Source of the DNA: Verrucomicrobiales bacterium
Lineage (GTDB): Bacteria; Verrucomicrobiota; Verrucomicrobiia; Limisphaerales; JACDHS01
Direction: 5' to 3'
Assembly: GCA_028293445.1 (NCBI GenBank)
Contig: JAQGOU010000251.1
Coordinates: forward strand, 1-61,163
Length of the DNA: 61,163 nucleotides
How positions within the stretch are numbered: position 1 is the first letter of the stretch; each line of letters starts with the position of its first letter. Made by a program: the position numbers and the translations under genes. The notes under the pieces are model-generated. The model was not told the origin of the DNA. It worked only from the letters and a program-made list of their open reading frames with translations, and did not search any database. Shown here piece after piece: positions 55,649 through 61,163 of the stretch.

Positions 55649-56143
55649 TTAGACAGGTTTGGCGAGATACGGCTGTAACGCAGCAACCATATCTTCTGGA
55701 GCGCGCTTTGGTTTTTCGTTGAGGCTCGTGCAGACATGCCACGTCTCCCCTTCGAGGAGCAACTTCCCGTCTTGATTCAGAATGCGGTAGCCAAAGTTAG
55801 CGCGGATTTTTCCAAGCTCAGTCAGCCAGGCTTCGATTGTCAGCAAATCATCGTAGCGCGCGGGCGCTTTATATTTCAGATGCACTTCGACGACCGGGAA
55901 AATCATGTCGGCCTGCTGAAGTTGCAACGCGGTCTTGCCGATCTTGCGCATAAACTCGCCGCGCGCTGCTTCGAGCAGGTCCAAATAACGAGCGTAATAG
56001 ATATGGTTGCCGACCGTGCATTCCGCGTAGGTGACGCGATGTTGGTATTGGAAAATCTCGTGCACACCCGAATTGTGTGTTTCGCCAAATGAAAGTCCAG
56101 AATTTCGTTGCGGAATAATTATTCTTATTCGTGAATTTCTCAT
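55649..56143 (-). CDS. Acyl-CoA thioesterase, YbgC/4HBT hot-dog fold
   Basis: HRVTYAECTVGNHIYYARYLDLLEAARGEFMR..G......QQADMIFPVVEVHLKYKAPARYDDLL. The N-terminal 35 aa are uncertain. Confidence 0.75.
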   Translation of the reverse strand: MRNSRIRIIIPQRNSGLSFGETHNSGVHEIFQYQHRVTYAECTVGNHIYYARYLDLLEAARGEFMRKIGKTALQLQQADMIFPVVEVHLKYKAPARYDDLLTIEAWLTELGKIRANFGYRILNQDGKLLLEGETWHVCTSLNEKPKRAPEDMVAALQPYLAKPV

Positions 56144-56262
56144 GTCCCTGCCACCCGACCGATTGGCAAGCTGGCGAACGGAGAAGGTCCCTTACTTTTA
56201 GTGATTGTGGAGGAAATTGAGCTGAATTTGCGTAAGCTGCTGGCTGACAGTCTTGTAAAAAC

Positions 56263-56775
56263 GTCTGGTAACGTTACCAGACCGGAATTCCAGCCTGACA
56301 TTGAGGGCTGGTAACGTTACCAGACGCTAAATCCACTCTGGAATTTCCGTCCGTAATATTACGGACGGTTTTTCCAGCCTGAAAATTGACCTTCTAACGT
56401 TAGAAGGTCGATTTTCAGGCTGACGGAGACGTCTGGTAACGTTAGAAGGGTCCAAATCCACTCTGGAATTTTGGTCGGGTAACGCTACCACCTCAATTTT
56501 ACGCTGAAAACGGGGTCCGTGGCGTAACTTGCGGAATTTCCATTCCGTAAACGGCGTCTGGTAACGTTACCAGACGCCAATGTGAGGCTGGAATTTCGGT
56601 CCGTAACGTTACCAGACGGTTTTTCAGGCTGGAATTTGACCCTTCTAACGTTACCAGGCCTCTTTTCAGGCTAACATTGGAGGCTGGTAACGTTAGAAGG
56701 TCTAAATTCCAGCCTGGAAATCCCGCCCGTACCGCTACCACATGCTTTTCCAGATTGAAAAAAGGGTCGTTACTG
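56263..56775. repeat. Tandem array 5: about 12-13 copies of a ~42-bp unit (CTGGTAACGTTACCAG-type palindrome + TTCCAG-C-CTGGAA-type dyad)
   Basis: AACGTT-type centres at 56270, 56313, 56355, 56396, 56438, 56481, 56526, 56563, 56605, 56647, 56689 and 56731. Perfect palindromes: GTCTGGTAACGTTACCAGAC (56263-56282), CCGTCCGTAATATTACGGACGG (56347-56368) and GACCTTCTAACGTTAGAAGGTC (56388-56409). Confidence 0.95.
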
Positions 56776-56932
56776 GCAAAAACTTTCTTTCGAAACTCGA
56801 AATCGTTCTGCGCGCCAAAAAACCTCCCGCGGCCTGAGTTCGCCCCTAAAGCGAGGACGGAATCATTACGTGAACGCTTATCCTTTATGTCTCGCGGTTG
56901 CGCCTCGCGGAAATTGAGCTATCTTAGCGCCT

Positions 56933-57136
56933 GTGGATTCTCAAACATGGCAGGAAGTGGTGGCGTTGAGCATAGTTGCGCTCGCTGCATCGCTTTTGCT
57001 TTGGGGAAAATTTCGGAAACGGAAGTATAAGTTACCTTGTGACACAAATTGCGGCTGCTCTGGGTCGAGTCAAAAGGGGTTCGTTCTGCAAGGACGTCGC
57101 GGTGAACCGCCTCGGCTTAGTGTTAAGATGAAATAA
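56933..57136 (+). CDS. Possible small Cys-rich membrane protein (FeoB-associated Cys-rich/p12-like architecture)
   Basis: GTG start; one TM helix, VVALSIVALAASLLLWG, then basic residues and CDTNCGCSGS. It is short and its family resemblance is only architectural, so this is a weak call. Confidence 0.35.
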   Translation: MDSQTWQEVVALSIVALAASLLLWGKFRKRKYKLPCDTNCGCSGSSQKGFVLQGRRGEPPRLSVKMK

Positions 57137-57182
57137 GTTTCTTGCAGAATGGCGGTCGGTAAAATAATTTTAAATTAAGCCC

Positions 57183-57590
57183 ATGTGTAAAGTTAACTCG
57201 GCACTGCATTTTCAGAAACGACCTCACGGCCATAGTAGTAAAGATTCCGACGCCCACTGGGTACCTAACACAGATGTTTACTCCGCCGAGACCGGGCTGG
57301 TGATTAAAGTCGAACTCGCAGGAATGCGTCGGGAAGACCTGGAACTCACCATCGAAGAGAATCGTTTACGCATCAGCGGTCAGCGTCCGGACGGTTGCCG
57401 CGCGCCGAAGTGCAAATTTTTGGTGATGGAAATTAATTACGGTTTCTTCGAAAGCGTCATCGAACTTCCCGAGGGCTATGACCTCTCTCAGGCGAAAGCA
57501 GCGTATCAGAACGGATTTCTCCGCATTGACGTTCCGGTCATTTCGCGGCAGTCTGCGAAAAAACTTGCGGTGAAGATTACGGACGCATGA
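57183..57590 (+). CDS. Hsp20/alpha-crystallin small heat-shock protein
   Basis: WVPNTDVYSAETGLVIKVELAGMRREDLELTIEENRLRISGQR..FESVIELPEGYDLSQAKAAYQNGFLRIDVP. Confidence 0.9.
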   Translation: MCKVNSALHFQKRPHGHSSKDSDAHWVPNTDVYSAETGLVIKVELAGMRREDLELTIEENRLRISGQRPDGCRAPKCKFLVMEINYGFFESVIELPEGYDLSQAKAAYQNGFLRIDVPVISRQSAKKLAVKITDA

Positions 57591-57629
57591 TGAAGCTTTA
57601 ACAGGCGATGGCGTCTAAAACCAAATGGC

Positions 57630-60032
57630 ATGATGACGTCGCCTGATACTGAATTTATCGACATTCTCCGGAGCACCGGGGAAGCCGACCCTGCACCAAC
57701 CGGAACCAAGATCTGGTCCAAATCGCTTCCCGAGAGCCTTCCGATCCTCGGCCTTTCCGACATTGTTATCTTTCCCGGGATGATTGTTCCGCTGCTCGTG
57801 GATACGCAGCAAAGCACACGACTCATCGACGATGTCGTCGCGGGTAATCGCTTCATCGGATTGATCCTCCAAAAAAAAGCTGAGGTCGAGAACCCGGCTC
57901 CGGATGATTTGTGGAATCACGGCTGCGCGGGCCGCGTGTTAAAGATGTTGAAATTTCCGGACAACACCGTGCGCGTGTTGGTGGAAGGGCTCCGTCGTTT
58001 CCGTGTGCGCGAATACACTTCGAAAGATCCATATCTGCAGGCGAAAGTGGAGGTGCTTAAAGATTCGATCGAAGACTCGCTCGAGATCACAGCCCTCGCG
58101 CGCAAGGCGGCAACTCTTTTTCAGGAAATCGTCAAGCTCTCCCCTACTCTCTCGGAACAGATCAAGGTGGCGGCATTGAATACAGAGGAGCCGGGAAAAC
58201 TTACCGACCTCATCGCAGCCAATCTTAATCTCTCACTGCAGGAACGGCAGCATCTGCTCGAATCTCATATCGTCAAGGATCGCCTCGTGCGCCTGCTGCC
58301 TCTGCTCAGCCGCGAAGTCGAACTGCTGACTCTCGGCTCAAAGATTCAAAGCGAAGTCGTGACATCGATGTCGAAGTCGCAGCGTGATTTTTTCCTGCGG
58401 GAACAAATCCGCGCCATCCAACGGGAACTCGGCGATGGGGATGCAGGCGCCGCCGAAGCCGGAGAATTGCGCGAGTTGGTGGAGAAAAACAAACTTCCCG
58501 AGGAAGCCAAAAAAGTCGCGTTGAAAGAGATTGAGCGACTGGAACAGATGTCGCCGGCGGTCGCGGAATACACGATCACCCGCAATTATCTCGATTGGCT
58601 GGTCAATCTTCCCTGGAATAAGTTCACGGAAGATAAAATCGATTTGCGCGCCTCGGAGCGGGTCCTGAATGAACAGCATTTTGGCCTGAGCAAGGTGAAG
58701 GATCGGTTGCTGGAATTTCTTGCGGTCATCAAGTTGAGAAACGAAATCAAAGGGCCGATCCTCTGCCTCGTGGGTCCTCCAGGAGTCGGGAAAACGTCAC
58801 TCGGAAAAAGTGTCGCCGATGCGTTGGGACGAAAGTTTGCGCGCATCTCTCTCGGCGGTATGCGCGATGAAGCAGAAATTCGAGGCCATCGCCGCACCTA
58901 CGTGGGCGCTTTGCCCGGACGCATCATTCAAACGCTGCGCCGTGTCGACAGCCGCAATCCCGTGATCCTGCTCGATGAAATTGACAAGGTCGGTTCAGAT
59001 TTTCGCGGCGATCCCTCTTCGGCTTTGCTGGAGGTTTTGGATCCCGCGCAGAACCACACGTTTAGCGATCATTATCTCGACGTGCCGTTTGATCTTTCGC
59101 GGGTCTTGTTCATCACGACCGCCAATTGGCTCGACCCGATTCATGTTGCCTTGCGCGATCGCCTCGAAGTGATCGAATTGCCGAGTTATACTGCTGTCGA
59201 AAAACTTCAGATCGCCAAACTTCATTTAGTGCCGCGTCAACTGGAAGAACATGGTCTCAAGAAGAAGCTGGTGAAGTTCCCGGACACCACGTTGCGTAAA
59301 GTCATTGAAGATTACACGCGCGAAGCCGGCGTGCGCCAACTCGAACGGGAGATTGCTGCGCTCACCCGCAAAGCCGCGCGGAAAATCATCAACCGGAAGA
59401 ACCACGAGACACTCGTGATCAAGCCGGAGAACCTAAAAGAGCTTCTTGGACCGCGCCGGTTTTTCCCCGAAGTTGCCGAAGCCATCCGCGAGCCGGGAAT
59501 TTCCATTGGCCTGGCCTGGACACCGGTCGGCGGCGAAATTCTTTTTATCGAAGCCACGCGCATGGCTGGCAAAGGCCAACTGATCCTCACCGGCTCACTT
59601 GGCGATGTCATGAAAGAAAGCGCCCACGCCGCGCTGAGTTATTTGCGGAGCCAGGCACAGTTCCTGAACATTGATCTCACGGACTACGATAAGTTTGACA
59701 TTCACATTCACGTCCCGTCCGGCGCGACGCCCAAAGATGGCCCGAGCGCTGGCGCATCGATTGTGGTCGCTCTGGCTTCTCTACTCAGCCATCGGGTGGT
59801 TCGTTCGGACACGGCGATGACCGGCGAGATCAGTTTGCGAGGCCGCGTGCTCCGCATTGGCGGCGTAAAAGAAAAGGTTATGGCCGCCGCGCGAACCGGC
59901 CTGAAGCAGGTCATTTTGCCAGAAGAAAATCGACCCGACTGGGAAGAAGTTCCTCTCGAAGTCCGCCGCAAAATGAAAGTTCACTTTGTCCGTCAGATTT
60001 CTGAACTCATTCCTCTGGCCCTTACGAAATGA
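57630..60032 (+). CDS. lon: ATP-dependent Lon protease
   Basis: LON N-domain (LPILGLSDIVIFPGMIVPLLV), Walker A GPPGVGKTSLGKS, ILLDEIDK, and the protease Ser in PKDGPSAGASIVVAL. Confidence 0.95.
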   Translation: MMTSPDTEFIDILRSTGEADPAPTGTKIWSKSLPESLPILGLSDIVIFPGMIVPLLVDTQQSTRLIDDVVAGNRFIGLILQKKAEVENPAPDDLWNHGCAGRVLKMLKFPDNTVRVLVEGLRRFRVREYTSKDPYLQAKVEVLKDSIEDSLEITALARKAATLFQEIVKLSPTLSEQIKVAALNTEEPGKLTDLIAANLNLSLQERQHLLESHIVKDRLVRLLPLLSREVELLTLGSKIQSEVVTSMSKSQRDFFLREQIRAIQRELGDGDAGAAEAGELRELVEKNKLPEEAKKVALKEIERLEQMSPAVAEYTITRNYLDWLVNLPWNKFTEDKIDLRASERVLNEQHFGLSKVKDRLLEFLAVIKLRNEIKGPILCLVGPPGVGKTSLGKSVADALGRKFARISLGGMRDEAEIRGHRRTYVGALPGRIIQTLRRVDSRNPVILLDEIDKVGSDFRGDPSSALLEVLDPAQNHTFSDHYLDVPFDLSRVLFITTANWLDPIHVALRDRLEVIELPSYTAVEKLQIAKLHLVPRQLEEHGLKKKLVKFPDTTLRKVIEDYTREAGVRQLEREIAALTRKAARKIINRKNHETLVIKPENLKELLGPRRFFPEVAEAIREPGISIGLAWTPVGGEILFIEATRMAGKGQLILTGSLGDVMKESAHAALSYLRSQAQFLNIDLTDYDKFDIHIHVPSGATPKDGPSAGASIVVALASLLSHRVVRSDTAMTGEISLRGRVLRIGGVKEKVMAAARTGLKQVILPEENRPDWEEVPLEVRRKMKVHFVRQISELIPLALTK

Positions 60033-60784
60033 AATTTAAAGCAGCAGCTTTTATTGCCATCGCGCTTCTAGCCGCGACGTCTCCATCGGCAAATGCCGTT
60101 GCTTTGACCTCCAATGCGGCCGGACAGGAACTCGCGGCTCAGTTGCGCAATGCGCCACCGAGCCAAGGGTCCGAAGTTTCTGGGGTTCTCAAAATTACCT
60201 TTGGAACAAATCGCGTTGAGATTCCTGTGCGTGCCCAGGCAATTACGGAAGACGATAAATGGAAAACCATTTACACGACTAGTTCTGTGAAGAATATCCC
60301 GGCAATGCAGATCGTGGTGATCCATTCCAGCAATGCCCCAAATCAATATTCCTACGCTCGCGCCACTGACACTAATTCGGTTTTCCAAAAACCCATTGTT
60401 ATTAATAGTCAGGTTGCGGCAGAAACGTCACTGGCTGGATCCGATTTCACGATCGCCGACCTGGGAATGGACTTCTTGCATTGGCCAGAGCAGATCCGCC
60501 TCACCGCTACTCCGCGCCTCGGACGCGACTGTTACCTCTTGGAAAGCAGAAATCCGGCAGCAAAAGAAATGGTCCGGGTAAAATCCTGGATCGATAAGGA
60601 ATCCGAAGGCGTCGGTCTCCTGGTCGCCGAAGGCTACAATGCCAAAGACGAAAAGGTGAAAGTATTTTCCTTGAGCGGCAGCAGTTTCAAAAAAGTTAAC
60701 GGGCGGATGCAGCTGGAGAAAATGACGATTCGTTCGCCGAAGAAGAGTTCCGAAACCGTTTTGCAATTCGACCTGCAAAAATAA
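60029..60784 (+). CDS. LolA-like outer-membrane lipoprotein-sorting family protein (secreted)
   Basis: Signal peptide MKFKAAAFIAIALLAATSPSANA. LAGSDFTIADLGMDFLHW resembles the GSDF(S/T)YEDL motif of LolA_like proteins. The ATG overlaps the lon stop (ATGA). Confidence 0.6.
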   Translation: MKFKAAAFIAIALLAATSPSANAVALTSNAAGQELAAQLRNAPPSQGSEVSGVLKITFGTNRVEIPVRAQAITEDDKWKTIYTTSSVKNIPAMQIVVIHSSNAPNQYSYARATDTNSVFQKPIVINSQVAAETSLAGSDFTIADLGMDFLHWPEQIRLTATPRLGRDCYLLESRNPAAKEMVRVKSWIDKESEGVGLLVAEGYNAKDEKVKVFSLSGSSFKKVNGRMQLEKMTIRSPKKSSETVLQFDLQK

Positions 60785-60814
60785 TGCTTCTTTGGGCAGC
60801 GCTGCGACGAGTCG

Positions 60815-61163
60815 TCACGCCAGAATATCCTTCACCACTTTTCCGTAAACATCGGTCAACCGGAAATCCCGACCGGCGTAGCGATACGTAAACTTTTCGT
60901 GATCGAATCCCATGAGATGCAAAATCGTCGCGTGGAGATCGTGAACATGCGTCACGTTTTCCACGGCTTTGAAACCAAACTCGTCCGTGGCGCCGTAGAC
61001 GGTCCCACCTTTCACTCCCCCTCCCGCGAGCAAGACAGAGAATCCGTACGGATTATGATCACGCCCATATTTCGTTTCCCCTTTGTCGTTTAACTCCACG
61101 GTCGGCGTGCGGCCAAATTCTCCACCGACAATAATCAGCGTGTCTTCAAGCATCCCGCGCTGC
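60815..61163 (-). CDS. DUF1501 (sulfatase-like) protein, C-terminal 116 codons; the 5' end lies beyond the right window edge
   Basis: The frame stays open upstream of the track's Met (..[50 protein letters not shown]....[13 protein letters not shown]), the canonical DUF1501 C-terminus. Confidence 0.85.
   Translation of the reverse strand, partial: QRGMLEDTLIIVGGEFGRTPTVELNDKGETKYGRDHNPYGFSVLLAGGGVKGGTVYGATDEFGFKAVENVTHVHDLHATILHLMGFDHEKFTYRYAGRDFRLTDVYGKVVKDILA

Noticed and set aside
56499-57030. ORFs 56499..56741 (-) and 56677..57030 (+) across array 5
   Set aside because: They are repeat-derived open frames, with no recognisable protein features.
57137-57182. CIRCE/HrcA operator or a clear sigma-32-type promoter upstream of hsp20
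   Set aside because: No TTAGCACTC-N9-GAGTGCTAA-like inverted repeat is present. Only a weak TTGCAG..TAATTT pair is visible, which is not enough to call.

Overview
This 61-kb chromosomal segment looks like a PVC-superphylum bacterium, most likely Verrucomicrobiota. That guess rests on many prepilin-type [25 protein letters not shown] / H-X9-DG proteins, a DUF1501 protein, sulfatases, giant LamG/Ig surface proteins and frequent lack of Shine-Dalgarno sites. GC looks moderate by eye. All protein family calls come from motif recognition by eye; no database search was possible.

Gene content:
- Housekeeping genes: miaE (partial), acnA, nnr, adk, fmt, a tail-specific protease, an FKBP isomerase, fumC, and hsp20-lon with a LolA-like gene.
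- A minus-strand cluster (1199-11124): histidine kinase, LuxR-type regulator, a 1432-aa LamG/Ig protein, a pseudopilin-like protein, a DUF1080 protein and a PQQ-type propeller.
- A second giant secreted protein (1290 aa) built from three modules, and an FG-GAP protein with tail-fibre-like segments.
- A probable sulfated-glycan utilisation block (46.3-56.1 kb): sulfatase, beta-helix protein, DUF5703-type hydrolase, FAD oxidoreductase, EEP-family protein, MFS transporter and thioesterase.
- The supplied ORF track often starts at upstream TTG/GTG codons, so I re-set many starts to the ATG or GTG that exposes a signal peptide or conserved N-terminus.

The most unusual signal is non-coding. Five intergenic tracts (about 0.75-1.1, 20.4-21.1, 34.75-35.15, 45.4-46.0 and 56.26-56.78 kb) are head-to-tail tandem arrays.
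- Their sequences are mutually unrelated, but all have a 41-42 bp period, which is four helical turns.
- Each unit alternates an array-specific 16-24 bp palindrome with a short inverted repeat of the TTTCC-N-GGAAA type (its counterpart in array 1 is TTTTAG-CTT-CTAAAA).
- The palindrome arms covary, and two arrays share a 20-nt boundary motif.

A separate ~30-nt dispersed element forms a 28-bp hairpin after fumC. Its five non-Watson-Crick positions are all G.U pairs on the plus-strand transcript.
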